A DNA stretch of 64,000 nucleotides from SAR86 cluster bacterium (lineage in GTDB: Bacteria; Pseudomonadota; Gammaproteobacteria; Magnimaribacterales; TMED112). The DNA is taken from positions 67,145 through 131,144 of the forward strand of contig QOPH01000003.1 of the NCBI GenBank assembly GCA_003331635.1, given 5' to 3'. The translations under genes and the position numbers were made by a program. Under the pieces are notes generated by a model that was not told the DNA's origin, did no database searches, and saw only the letters and a list, made by a program, of their open reading frames with translations. Shown here piece by piece: positions 18,242 through 27,450 of the stretch (within the stretch, counting starts at the first letter, position 1; every line of letters starts with the position of its first letter).

Positions 18242-18307
18242 ATTTTCGGTCTCGATAAGTATTTTTAGTAGATTAAAGAACTTTAGTTAATTAGAATACT
18301 TACCTTA

Positions 18308-18384
18308 GCGCCAGTAGCTCAGCTGGATAGAGCAGTAGCCTTCTAAGCTATTGGTCGGGGGTTCGAATCCTCCCTGGCGCGCCA
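18308..18384 (+). tRNA. tRNA-Arg (anticodon TCT)
   Basis: Acceptor GCGCCAG/CTGGCGC. Anticodon loop CTTCTAA. T-arm GGGGG-TTCGAAT-CCTCC. CCA encoded. Confidence 0.9.
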
Positions 18385-19785
18385 CTAAATCCCTATAGAT
18401 TTATATGACTCAATAAGCTTTTTGATTGAATAAATATAAGCTGTTGTTCTAAGAGAAGGGTAGTCATTCTCATTCCAAATTTCGCTCATGTTTTCATATG
18501 CCTCAAACATCATATCCTCAAGTCCTGAACGAACTAAATCTAGTTCTGTTCTACCTTTGCTTAATAATAATTTTTTATTTGAAGGTATCCTTGATCCTGT
18601 AGAGCTTTCAATTAAATTTATAAGAGAGGCATTTTCATACTCTGTTCTTCTTTTTTCCATTCTTCCAAATCTCATATGTGAAAGATTACGTACCCACTCG
18701 AAATAACTAACTGCTACTCCTCCAGCATTTGCATATAAATCTGGAATAATCAAAATACCTCTTTTATTAAGATAGTGATCTGCTCGTGAAGTTAATGGCC
18801 CATTAGCAGCTTCACAAATTACTTTAGCTTTAATTTGTTCTTGATTTTGCTCTGTGACGGTGCCCTCAGTTGCTGCAGGAATAAAAATATCACAATCAGA
18901 TGCAAACACTTGGTCCTTTGTTTTTATATCTGCTCCAAATGGACAGTCTTTTACATCACCTGAATTGTCTAGCCAGTCTTTAATGCCTTGCACATTTAAA
19001 CCTTTGGCATTGTGGAAGGAAACATCTTTTTCTATTATTCCAACAATTTTTGAACCATGTTCACTTAAAGCTCTAGCTGCGAAAAAGCCTACTTTTCCAA
19101 GGCCTTCGATTATAATTTTTTGACTTTTTAAGGGACCTTTGATTTTTGTTTTTTTCACATCTGCAGAATTAAAAAATGCTCTTAATGCAAAAAATATTCC
19201 TCTTCCAGTTGCTTCAGTTCTACCGTCAACACCGCCCATATTTTCTGGTTTGCCAGTAACACATGCAAAAGCATTAATGTCATGCGGGTTGAGTCTTTTA
19301 TATTCATCAGCTATCCATGCCATTTCTTTTTTTCCAGTTCCCATGTCAGGAGCAGGAACATTTAAACTTGGAGAAATAAGTCCTCTTTTAACAAGCTCTT
19401 CTGTAAATCTTCTTGTGATTTTTTCTAAATCTTGCTCAGAATATTTTGATGGATCAATTTTTAAGCCACCTTTTGAACCTCCAAAAGGAACATCAATTAC
19501 TGCATTTTTGAAAGTCATTAAAGCTGCCATGGCTTCAACTTCTGAAGCGCTCACAGCAGGACTGTATCTGATTCCTCCTTTTACAGGCTCAAGATGTTCA
19601 GAATGTACTGCTCTCCAACCAGTGAATACTTGAATTCCCTTATCTAACTTTACTCCGAATCTTATAGTATGTGTGCTATTACAAGATTTAATTTGATTTG
19701 CAAGTCCTTTATCTATATCAAGAATTTCGATTGCATTATTAAACATTTTCGAAATACTTTTAAGAAATAAATTATCTGCTGACAT
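18385..19785 (-). CDS. gdh: Glu/Leu/Phe/Val-family dehydrogenase (glutamate dehydrogenase)
   Basis: 466 aa. Motifs: KGGIRYSP, VPFGGSKGGLKIDP, dinucleotide fold IEGLGKVG, EAANGP. Confidence 0.8.
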   Translation of the reverse strand: MSADNLFLKSISKMFNNAIEILDIDKGLANQIKSCNSTHTIRFGVKLDKGIQVFTGWRAVHSEHLEPVKGGIRYSPAVSASEVEAMAALMTFKNAVIDVPFGGSKGGLKIDPSKYSEQDLEKITRRFTEELVKRGLISPSLNVPAPDMGTGKKEMAWIADEYKRLNPHDINAFACVTGKPENMGGVDGRTEATGRGIFFALRAFFNSADVKKTKIKGPLKSQKIIIEGLGKVGFFAARALSEHGSKIVGIIEKDVSFHNAKGLNVQGIKDWLDNSGDVKDCPFGADIKTKDQVFASDCDIFIPAATEGTVTEQNQEQIKAKVICEAANGPLTSRADHYLNKRGILIIPDLYANAGGVAVSYFEWVRNLSHMRFGRMEKRRTEYENASLINLIESSTGSRIPSNKKLLLSKGRTELDLVRSGLEDMMFEAYENMSEIWNENDYPSLRTTAYIYSIKKLIESYKSIGI

Positions 19786-19845
19786 ATACTTACCCCCTAC
19801 AACGCATAATGATATAATTTTTTTTCCGAAATATCATAAAAATAT

Positions 19846-19923
19846 GGTGGGCGTAGCTCAGTTGGTTAGAGCGCCGGTTTGTGGTACCGGAGGTCGAGGG
19901 TTCAAACCCCTTCGTCCACCCCA
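19846..19923 (+). tRNA. tRNA-His (anticodon GTG) with an encoded G-1
   Basis: Extra 5' G at 19846. Acceptor GTGGGCG/CGTCCAC with one G-U pair. Anticodon stem CCGGT/ACCGG, loop TTGTGGT. Discriminator C plus CCA. Confidence 0.9.
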
Positions 19924-20047
19924 TTTACTAAGTAGATTTAAATCAAGTTTTTAATTTTTTAAAGCAAGTTCTTTGATATTTGATATAAGTTTTTCACTTT
20001 TTTGTTTAAATTATTGATTTTTTACTAAAGTTCCCTATATTTTAATT

Positions 20048-20641
20048 ATGTTTAAAAATAATTTAGTACCAATGGTAGTCGAACAAACTTCCAGAGGAGA
20101 ACGAGCCTTTGATATTTTTTCAAGGCTACTTAAAGATAGAATTATTTTCATTGTAGGCGGTATAGACGACTATGTAGCCAACTTAGTTGTTGCCCAACTT
20201 CTTTTTTTAGAGTCTGAAGATCCCAAAAAAGATATTTTTATGTACATAAATTCACCTGGAGGAGTTATTACTTCAGGGCTGTCGATATTAGACACAATGA
20301 ATTATCTCAAATGTGATGTTTCAACTGTGTGCTTTGGACAAGCAGCAAGCATGGGGGCAGTTCTTTTATCATGCGGGGCTAAGGGAAAAAGATTTGCACT
20401 ACCAAATAGCAGAGTAATGATTCATCAGCCACTTGGTGGAGCAAGAGGTCAAGCAACAGACATAGAAATACAGGCAAAAGAAATACTTACACTCAAAGAG
20501 AAATTAAATAAAATTCTTGCAGAAAAAACTAACCAATCGCTTAAAAAAATCGCTTCTGATACAGATAGAGATTACTTTATGAATGCTGAAGAAGCTGTTA
20601 AGTATGGTCTTGTTGATGAAGTTTTAACTCAGAGAAAGTAA
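20048..20641 (+). CDS. clpP: ATP-dependent Clp protease proteolytic subunit
   Basis: 197 aa. Motifs: [37 protein letters not shown] (catalytic Ser), MIHQPLGG. Confidence 0.95.
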   Translation: MFKNNLVPMVVEQTSRGERAFDIFSRLLKDRIIFIVGGIDDYVANLVVAQLLFLESEDPKKDIFMYINSPGGVITSGLSILDTMNYLKCDVSTVCFGQAASMGAVLLSCGAKGKRFALPNSRVMIHQPLGGARGQATDIEIQAKEILTLKEKLNKILAEKTNQSLKKIASDTDRDYFMNAEEAVKYGLVDEVLTQRK

Positions 20642-20643
20642 CT

Positions 20644-21876
20644 ATGGAGAAAGATAAATCAAAATTAAATTGCTCTTTCTGTGGTAAATCCCAATCAAAA
20701 GTAAAAAAATTAATTGCAGGTCCCAATTCATATATTTGCAATGAATGTGTAGATCTCTGTAATGACATACTTGACGTAGAGGAGAAAGAAAAAAAGGTCG
20801 ATGACTTTTCTATCAATAAACCCAGAGAAATTTTTGACTACCTTGATGAGATTATAGTTGGACAAGATGATGCAAAGAAAAAATTATCTGTAGCTGTATA
20901 CAATCACTATAAGAGAATATCCTCAAAAGATAATGGGGAGGGTGTTGAAGTCCAAAAAAGCAATGTTTTGCTGTTAGGTCCTACAGGAAGTGGAAAAACA
21001 CTACTAGCACAAACTCTTGCTAGATATTTAGATATGCCTTTTGCAATAGCTGACGCAACATCTTTAACAGAAGCAGGTTATGTCGGAGAAGATGTTGAGA
21101 ACATAATACAGAAACTTCTTCAAAACGCTGATTATGATGTCGAAAAAGCACAGAGAGGCATTGTTTACATAGATGAGATAGATAAAATTTCTAAAAAAGG
21201 TGAGAACGTTTCTATCACCAGAGATGTTTCAGGAGAGGGAGTTCAGCAAGCGCTTTTGAAAATTATTGAGGGCTCGATTGCATCTATTCCACCTCAAGGA
21301 GGAAGAAAGCATCCACAACAGGAGTTCTTACAAGTGGATACAAAAGATATTTTATTTATATGTGGAGGAGCATTTAATGGATTAGAGGAACAAATCCAAA
21401 AAAGAGTCTCTGACAACACAATAGGTTTTAACTCGAATATCCAAAAACTTTCTGATGAAGTAAAAGGATCACTCTTCAAAGAGGCTAAATCACAAGATCT
21501 TAATAAATATGGTCTTATTCCAGAATTTATTGGTAGGTTCCCAGTGGTAGCGGCTCTCGAAGAATTATCTGAGAAGGAGTTGGTAAAGGTTATGTCTGAA
21601 ACAAAAAATTCAATCACTGATCAATTTAAATATCTTTTTAAGCTAGACGACATAACTTTAGAATTTACTGATGGTGCATTCAAGCAGATTGCAAGAGAAG
21701 CAAAATCTAGCGCATCAGGGGCTAGAGCTTTAAGAGCAATCTTCGAGGAGATTTTACAAGATTCAATGTTTAATTTCCCCTCAGAAAAGAATATTGAAAA
21801 AGTTGTTGTCGATGAAAATGTTGTGAAAAACAAAGAGCAACCTCTAAAGCTTCTTAAAAAGAAAATTGCTAACTAA
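20644..21876 (+). CDS. clpX: ATP-dependent Clp protease ATP-binding subunit ClpX
   Basis: 410 aa. Zinc finger CSFCGKSQ...ICNECVDLC, Walker A GPTGSGKT, Walker B VYIDEIDK. Confidence 0.95.
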   Translation: MEKDKSKLNCSFCGKSQSKVKKLIAGPNSYICNECVDLCNDILDVEEKEKKVDDFSINKPREIFDYLDEIIVGQDDAKKKLSVAVYNHYKRISSKDNGEGVEVQKSNVLLLGPTGSGKTLLAQTLARYLDMPFAIADATSLTEAGYVGEDVENIIQKLLQNADYDVEKAQRGIVYIDEIDKISKKGENVSITRDVSGEGVQQALLKIIEGSIASIPPQGGRKHPQQEFLQVDTKDILFICGGAFNGLEEQIQKRVSDNTIGFNSNIQKLSDEVKGSLFKEAKSQDLNKYGLIPEFIGRFPVVAALEELSEKELVKVMSETKNSITDQFKYLFKLDDITLEFTDGAFKQIAREAKSSASGARALRAIFEEILQDSMFNFPSEKNIEKVVVDENVVKNKEQPLKLLKKKIAN

Positions 21877-24195
21877 ATGGCAGCTGAAAATTTAAAATTA
21901 AAGTTAAAAATGCCAATGATCCCATTAAGGGATGTTGTTATTTTTCCAAACACAGTTTCTACCTTATTTGTTGGAAGAGAGAAATCAATTTTTTCTTTAG
22001 AGGATGCATTGAGAGCAAACAAAAAAATCTTTCTTGTAGCCCAAAAATCACCTGGTAATGAGTCTCCACAATTAAAAGATTTACCAGAAATAGGAACAAT
22101 ATCTACTCTTCTTCAAATGATTAAATTACCTGATGGTACTGTGAAAATTCTTGTTGAGGGACTTCAAAGAGCAAAGATTAATAAAATTACAACTGACAAA
22201 GGATACTTTGCTGAAATTGAAAAAATTGAAGAGCTAGTAGAAGACTCTAAGTATGAGCAAGATCTTCTTGCAACAATTAAAAATCAATTTACAGAGTTTG
22301 TTTCGGTTTCAAGAAAAGTTTCCCATGAAATAATTAATCAAGTTCAATCAATGGCAAATTTATCAAAAGCAGTCGATCTTATTGCCTCTAATATTCATTT
22401 ATCAGTTAAAGATAAGCAAATGATTTTGGAAAAAGAAAACCCTTCAGAAAGAGGTGAGGCTCTTTCAGGATTACTTGAAGCTCAAATAGAGCTTATTGAA
22501 GTTGAACACAGGATCAGAGGAAGAGTTAAAAAACAAATGGAAAAATCTCAAAAGGAATATTTTTTGAATGAACAAATTAAAGCTGCACAAAAAGAATTAG
22601 GCGACATAAGTGATGAAAAAAACGAATTAGAGGAACTACAGAAGAAAATCGAAGAAACAAAATTATCAAAAGAAGCACTAGAAAAAATTAATTCAGAATT
22701 TTCTAAGTTAAAACAAATGTCTCCAATGTCAGCAGAAGCGACAGTTGTAAGAACATATATTGATACTTTATTGGAAGTTCCATGGAGCAAGAGAACTAAG
22801 ATTAATCTTGATTTAACAAAAGCAAAAGAAGTTCTTGATCAGGATCACTATGGTCTTAAGGAAGTTAAAGAGAGAATACTTGAATATCTAGCAGTACAAA
22901 AAAGAGTGAAAAAAATGAAAGCTCCAGTCCTTTGTTTTGTGGGGCCACCTGGAGTTGGTAAAACTTCATTAGGTGAATCTATTGCTAGATCAGTTAATAG
23001 AGAATTTATAAGGCTTTCATTAGGGGGTGTAAGAGATGAGGCTGAAATAAGAGGACATAGAAAAACATATATTGGCTCAATGCCTGGAAAACTTATCCAA
23101 AAACTTTCAAAAACAAAAGTAAAAAATCCATTATTTTTATTCGATGAAATTGATAAAGTTGGAATGGATCACAGAGGAGATCCATCCTCTGCATTATTAG
23201 AAGTTCTTGATCCTGAACAAAATAATACTTTCAATGATCACTATTTAGAGGTTGATTATGATCTTTCAGAAGTAATGTTTATATGCACTGCAAACTCATT
23301 AAGCATACCACCTGCTCTTTTAGATAGAATGGAAATTATCAGACTACCAGGCTATATAGAAGATGAAAAATTAAATATAGCGAAAAATTATTTAGTACCA
23401 AGAAATTTGTCTAAGAATGGGCTTAAAAATGATGAGCTGATATTCAGTGATAATTCAATTTTAAAAATCATAAGAAACTACACCAGAGAAGCTGGAGTGA
23501 GAAGTTTAGATAGAGAGCTTAATAAAATATGTCGAAAAAAAGTAAAAGAAATTTCATTAGGATCAAAAACTTCAAAAAATATTGATAACAGAGTTGTAAG
23601 AAATATATTAGGACCAGAACTGTTTGACTTTGGTCAGTTGGAAAACCAAAATTCTCTAGGACAGGTAAATGGGCTGGCTTGGACATCTGTCGGAGGGGAG
23701 CTGTTAAAAATTGAGGCAGCCTTAACTAAAGGAAAAGGTAGAGTTACAAAAACAGGTTCATTAGGAGATGTTATGCAAGAGTCGATACAGGCTGCACTCA
23801 CTGTTGTGAAAAATATTTCTAATGAAGCAAAAATTAAAAATGATTTCTTTGAGAAGCATGATTTACACATTCACGTTCCTGAAGGAGCAACTCCCAAAGA
23901 TGGACCTAGTGCAGGTATAACAATGTGTACGGCAATATCATCAGTGGTCCTAAATAAAAAAGTAAAAGGAAATTTAGCTATGACTGGCGAAATAACACTA
24001 GGAGGTAAAGTTCTAAAAATTGGAGGTTTAAAAGAAAAACTTATTGCAGCAAAAAGATCAGGCATAACGAATGTAATAATCCCAAAAGAAAATGTTGGCG
24101 ACTTGGAAAAAGTTGAAAAAAATATTTTGAAAAACCTTAAAATTTTACCAGTGAAAAAAATTGAAGAGGTGCTAGAGAAAGCTCTAGTAAAATAA
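21877..24195 (+). CDS. lon: Lon protease (LonA)
   Basis: 772 aa. N-terminal LON domain, Walker A GPPGVGKTS, protease Ser motif PKDGPSAG. Confidence 0.95.
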   Translation: MAAENLKLKLKMPMIPLRDVVIFPNTVSTLFVGREKSIFSLEDALRANKKIFLVAQKSPGNESPQLKDLPEIGTISTLLQMIKLPDGTVKILVEGLQRAKINKITTDKGYFAEIEKIEELVEDSKYEQDLLATIKNQFTEFVSVSRKVSHEIINQVQSMANLSKAVDLIASNIHLSVKDKQMILEKENPSERGEALSGLLEAQIELIEVEHRIRGRVKKQMEKSQKEYFLNEQIKAAQKELGDISDEKNELEELQKKIEETKLSKEALEKINSEFSKLKQMSPMSAEATVVRTYIDTLLEVPWSKRTKINLDLTKAKEVLDQDHYGLKEVKERILEYLAVQKRVKKMKAPVLCFVGPPGVGKTSLGESIARSVNREFIRLSLGGVRDEAEIRGHRKTYIGSMPGKLIQKLSKTKVKNPLFLFDEIDKVGMDHRGDPSSALLEVLDPEQNNTFNDHYLEVDYDLSEVMFICTANSLSIPPALLDRMEIIRLPGYIEDEKLNIAKNYLVPRNLSKNGLKNDELIFSDNSILKIIRNYTREAGVRSLDRELNKICRKKVKEISLGSKTSKNIDNRVVRNILGPELFDFGQLENQNSLGQVNGLAWTSVGGELLKIEAALTKGKGRVTKTGSLGDVMQESIQAALTVVKNISNEAKIKNDFFEKHDLHIHVPEGATPKDGPSAGITMCTAISSVVLNKKVKGNLAMTGEITLGGKVLKIGGLKEKLIAAKRSGITNVIIPKENVGDLEKVEKNILKNLKILPVKKIEEVLEKALVK

Positions 24196-24293
24196 ATTTT
24201 TTTCTTCTTTAGATTTTTGTAAGGCCACAATTAAATCCCCAAAAAGTCAAATAATACGCCGATAATAAAACTTAAATATTTTTTAACTAATGC

Positions 24294-24322
24294 TTGATTT
24301 ATTAATTTTTAAGGTCTAATGT
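24294..24322 (+). promoter_or_regulatory. candidate sigma70 promoter for hupB
   Basis: TTGATT (24294-24299), 17 nt, TAATGT (24317-24322). An AGGAGA Shine-Dalgarno site precedes ATG 24361. Such hexamers are common by chance in AT-rich DNA. Confidence 0.3.
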
Positions 24323-24360
24323 TATTGAAAGCCCGTAACAGGGCAGTTAGAGGAGAACTT

Positions 24361-24636
24361 ATGAATAAAGCTGATTTAATTGAAGTGCTTGCCGATCAGA
24401 CTGGCAGCACAAAAGTCGACGCTGCAAAAGCACTTGATGCAATAGTAGATGCTGTGAGTGGAGAACTTGCAAAAGGTGGCTCTGTCTCATTAGTAGGCTT
24501 TGGTACCTTTTCTGTTAGACACAGAGCTGCAAGGGACGGGATTAACCCGCAGAATCCTACACAAAAGATTCACATTCCTGCAGCAAATGTTCCTGTGTTT
24601 AAAGCAGGTAAAGCACTTAAAGCTGCTGTTAACTAA
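24361..24636 (+). CDS. hupB: DNA-binding protein HU
   Basis: 91 aa from ATG 24361, preceded by AGGAGA; the track ORF start at 24319 is an upstream extension. Motifs: MNKADLIE..., GFGTFSVRHRAARDGINPQ. Conserved lon-hupB-ppiD order. Confidence 0.92.
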   Translation: MNKADLIEVLADQTGSTKVDAAKALDAIVDAVSGELAKGGSVSLVGFGTFSVRHRAARDGINPQNPTQKIHIPAANVPVFKAGKALKAAVN

Positions 24637-24653
24637 ATAAAGTTTTTAACTGA

Positions 24654-26507
24654 GTGATCAGTTTTTTACGGGATAGGCTACAAGGAATTGTAGCCTTTTC
24701 TTTTTTAGGTATTGTTGCCCTAACATTCGCGTTTTTGGGGCTCCCTACCTTTACGCAAACTTTTTCTAAAAATAATTATGCAACTATAGGAGAATATGAA
24801 ATCTCCCAATCTGAATATATATCAACAAGAAATCAGGTAGAGTCAACTCTAAGAGATCAATTTGGTCAAAGTGTAGATTTATCAAATCCTATTCTTTTTG
24901 ATGCTGTAGAGGAGCTTACAAAAAACTCACTCATTGAGAGATACACAATCATTAAACTTTTCGATGAACTAGGCATCGATGTCCCAGAAAATTATATAGA
25001 AAACGAACTTTCTAAAGTGGAATCATTTCAAGTCGATGGAAAGTTTGATCAGGAAGCGTTTAAAAATTACCTTATCAATTTTAATTTATCAAAAAATGAA
25101 TTAATGAGAAGTTTTTCAAATGACTTCAAAATTAATTTCTCTGTAAATTTACTGAGTTCAATGATCAATAGTTTTGACAAAGATATTGATGAGTACTTAA
25201 AACTTGTCACTGAAAAAAGGGATTTGATTTTTGTTAATTTAACTTCAGAAAATGTAGTAAATGATTTTGAAATATCTGAAGATGATTTAATTTCTTATTA
25301 CTCAGAAAACCCAAATTTATTTCTGGTTCCTGAAAAAAGATCTTTTTATGAGATAAACCTTTCACCTGAAAATTTTGATTTTGATATAAGTGAAGAGGAG
25401 TTTGCAGCCGGCTATGATGCATATCTTTCTTCATTGCCAAAACCTGAAAAAAGAGTCTCTCATGTAATGATTATTAGAGAGAACTATGAATCTGATGATG
25501 CATTTAATTCAAGAGTGGAAGAAGTTACAAATAATTTCGAATCAAGTACGTTTGCAGAACTTGTAAATAAATTTACTGAAGATGATGGAACAAAAGAAGC
25601 TGATGGAGACTTAGGCTTTACTGATGGTCAGATTTTTCCAGAACCCTTTGAAAGCAGAATAAGCTCTCTAGCTGTTAATGAGATAAATTCAGAACCAATT
25701 TTCTTTGAATCAAATGCACATTTTCTTTATGTTACAGAAATTAATGCGACTGAAATTACCTCATATGAAGATAAAAAATTTGACCTAGAGAATGAAATCA
25801 AACGGATAAAATTTGAGGAAAAAATTACCGAAATTTCAGAAAATTTTGAAGGTAGTTCGGCTGCATTTAAAACCTTCATAGAGTTATATAATTTACCAAA
25901 CAAACTCTATACTGAAAAAACTTACACAGATTTATCAAATTTACAAATAGCGGATATTGTATTTGGTGCAAATTTAAATAATTGGTCAGAAATTTTAAAA
26001 GTTGATGACGATGAATTTATTTTAGCCTTTATTACTGATATCCAAGAGTCATTTCAGGACGACTTTACGTCTGTTAAAGAGAAAGCTCAAGAGCTTTTAG
26101 AGGCAAAGTTGAAAGATGCTTACATTGAAGAAATTTTTGCAAGCGATGAAGAGGTCGATTTGTCAAACACATTTTTTGCTTCAAAATTTTCTTTAAAAAA
26201 TGTTGAAGTTGAACAATTTTTAGATATTGATAGATCTACTTCTTTGTTTTCTGAGAATCAAGTTGCCGAATTATTTACCACAGACAAGATAGGTGTTGTG
26301 CAAAAAAGATTAATTGGCACTGATCTATTCATTTTTCTAATTACTAAAAGAAATCCTGGAAGTCTTGATAGAATAAGTGAAGAGGAGAGGGCAAGCTTTA
26401 TTCTAGAAAGTAACGGCCTAAAATTCCAAAGCCTTCTTGAAGAGCTTCAGAAGAGTTACACTTTAAAAGATAGTTTAAAAATCAACAATAATACTACTCA
26501 AATTTAG
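24654..26507 (+). CDS. ppiD: periplasmic chaperone / peptidylprolyl isomerase PpiD
   Basis: 617 aa with a GTG start. It has a single N-terminal TM segment followed by a long SurA-like domain with a degenerate parvulin region. Conserved position after hupB. Confidence 0.7.
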   Translation: MISFLRDRLQGIVAFSFLGIVALTFAFLGLPTFTQTFSKNNYATIGEYEISQSEYISTRNQVESTLRDQFGQSVDLSNPILFDAVEELTKNSLIERYTIIKLFDELGIDVPENYIENELSKVESFQVDGKFDQEAFKNYLINFNLSKNELMRSFSNDFKINFSVNLLSSMINSFDKDIDEYLKLVTEKRDLIFVNLTSENVVNDFEISEDDLISYYSENPNLFLVPEKRSFYEINLSPENFDFDISEEEFAAGYDAYLSSLPKPEKRVSHVMIIRENYESDDAFNSRVEEVTNNFESSTFAELVNKFTEDDGTKEADGDLGFTDGQIFPEPFESRISSLAVNEINSEPIFFESNAHFLYVTEINATEITSYEDKKFDLENEIKRIKFEEKITEISENFEGSSAAFKTFIELYNLPNKLYTEKTYTDLSNLQIADIVFGANLNNWSEILKVDDDEFILAFITDIQESFQDDFTSVKEKAQELLEAKLKDAYIEEIFASDEEVDLSNTFFASKFSLKNVEVEQFLDIDRSTSLFSENQVAELFTTDKIGVVQKRLIGTDLFIFLITKRNPGSLDRISEEERASFILESNGLKFQSLLEELQKSYTLKDSLKINNNTTQI

Positions 26508-27267
26508 TAGCTTGAATATTGTATCCACCATCGACATAGATAGTCTGGCCGGTGATACCACTCGACATATCACTTAATAGAAAGGTTGCTGTATTTCCCA
26601 CTTCTTCTGCTGAAATATTTCTTCCCAATGGTGTTTCCTCTCCGTATTTATTTAACATAGATTTAAATCCCTTTATCCCGGAAGCAGCGAGTGTTTTAAT
26701 TGGTCCAGCTGAAATAGAGTTTACTCTCACTCCCTTCTTTCCAAGACTTGAAGCGAAATATCTAACTCCTGCTTCTAGGCTTGCTTTTGCCATTCCCATG
26801 ACGTTGTAGTTAGGCGTTGCCTCCTGCGAGCCTATATAAGTTAGTGTAACTATAGACGAGTTTTCAGACATGAATGGGTATGCTTCTTTAATTAAGCCAG
26901 CAAAGCTATAAGAGCTTATATCATGTGTAATTCCAAATCCCTCTCTGGTAATAGACTCTTCAATACTTCCTGAAATTTGATCAGCAGGAGCAAAACCTAC
27001 AGAATGTACAATGCCATCAATCTTTCCCCATTCATCTACACATCTTTCAATTAATTTTTTAATATCTTCATCATTTGAAAGATCACATATTTTTGTAAAG
27101 CCGTTGCCATTTTCCTTAGCAAAAGTGGAAATAAATTTTTCAAATCTCTCATTTTGGTAGCTAAACCCTAGTTCAGCTCCGTTTTCATGTAAAGATTTGG
27201 CTATAGAGGAGGCGATAGAGTATTTATTAGCCAGACCAACTATAAGAATTTTTTTGTTTTTAACCAC
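26494..27267 (-). CDS. fabI: enoyl-ACP reductase FabI (SDR family)
   Basis: KKILIVGLANKYSIA (glycine-rich NAD loop), YNVMGMAKASLE (Tyr-x6-Lys), ISAGPIKT. The start is set at GTG 27267 (258 aa). The ORF remains open to ATG 27420, which would add 51 aa with no FabI counterpart. Confidence 0.85.
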   Translation of the reverse strand: MVKNKKILIVGLANKYSIASSIAKSLHENGAELGFSYQNERFEKFISTFAKENGNGFTKICDLSNDEDIKKLIERCVDEWGKIDGIVHSVGFAPADQISGSIEESITREGFGITHDISSYSFAGLIKEAYPFMSENSSIVTLTYIGSQEATPNYNVMGMAKASLEAGVRYFASSLGKKGVRVNSISAGPIKTLAASGIKGFKSMLNKYGEETPLGRNISAEEVGNTATFLLSDMSSGITGQTIYVDGGYNIQATKFE

Positions 27268-27450
27268 GTGATAATTATACGGAAATTTTTCTTTTTTTCT
27301 TTGCCAACTCGTAAAAACGGCAAAAATACTTAATATTTTCAACAAAACTCCAAATATTAGTATTTTTTTGCACCTTTTTAATGACAACAAGGTGTCAAAA
27401 AACGAAAAAAACTGTATCATTAAGCATGATGAACTCTATCGGAGGATGTA

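Noticed and set aside
18488-19633. Three + strand ORFs (72, 89 and 164 aa) opposite the glutamate dehydrogenase gene.
   Set aside because: The minus-strand frame carries unmistakable GDH motifs along its full length. The antisense ORFs have no recognisable motifs and a Ser/Pro/Phe-rich composition typical of antisense frames.
20014-20040. A possible sigma32-type heat-shock promoter upstream of clpP (TTGA... / CCCTATAT).
   Set aside because: The -10-like element ends only 7 nt before the annotated ATG, which leaves no leader. The -35 match is weak, and such matches are common in AT-rich sequence. I would not call it without transcription start data.
20598-24230. Multiple minus-strand ORFs (70-119 aa) opposite clpX and lon, plus similar nested ORFs at 600-806, 1678-1902, 4266-4499, 11251-11433, 11796-11984, 28776-29197, 31354-31743, 33889-34905, 35423-36478, 49391-50173 and 53468-53975.
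   Set aside because: All are nested in, or antisense to, genes with strong family signatures. Long spurious frames are expected opposite such coding regions.
27268-27450. A riboswitch or other structured leader upstream of the first TBDR, for example a cobalamin or TPP element.
   Set aside because: The region is short, very AT-rich and shows only a 6-bp CACCTT/AAGGTG repeat. None of the conserved riboswitch cores is visible.
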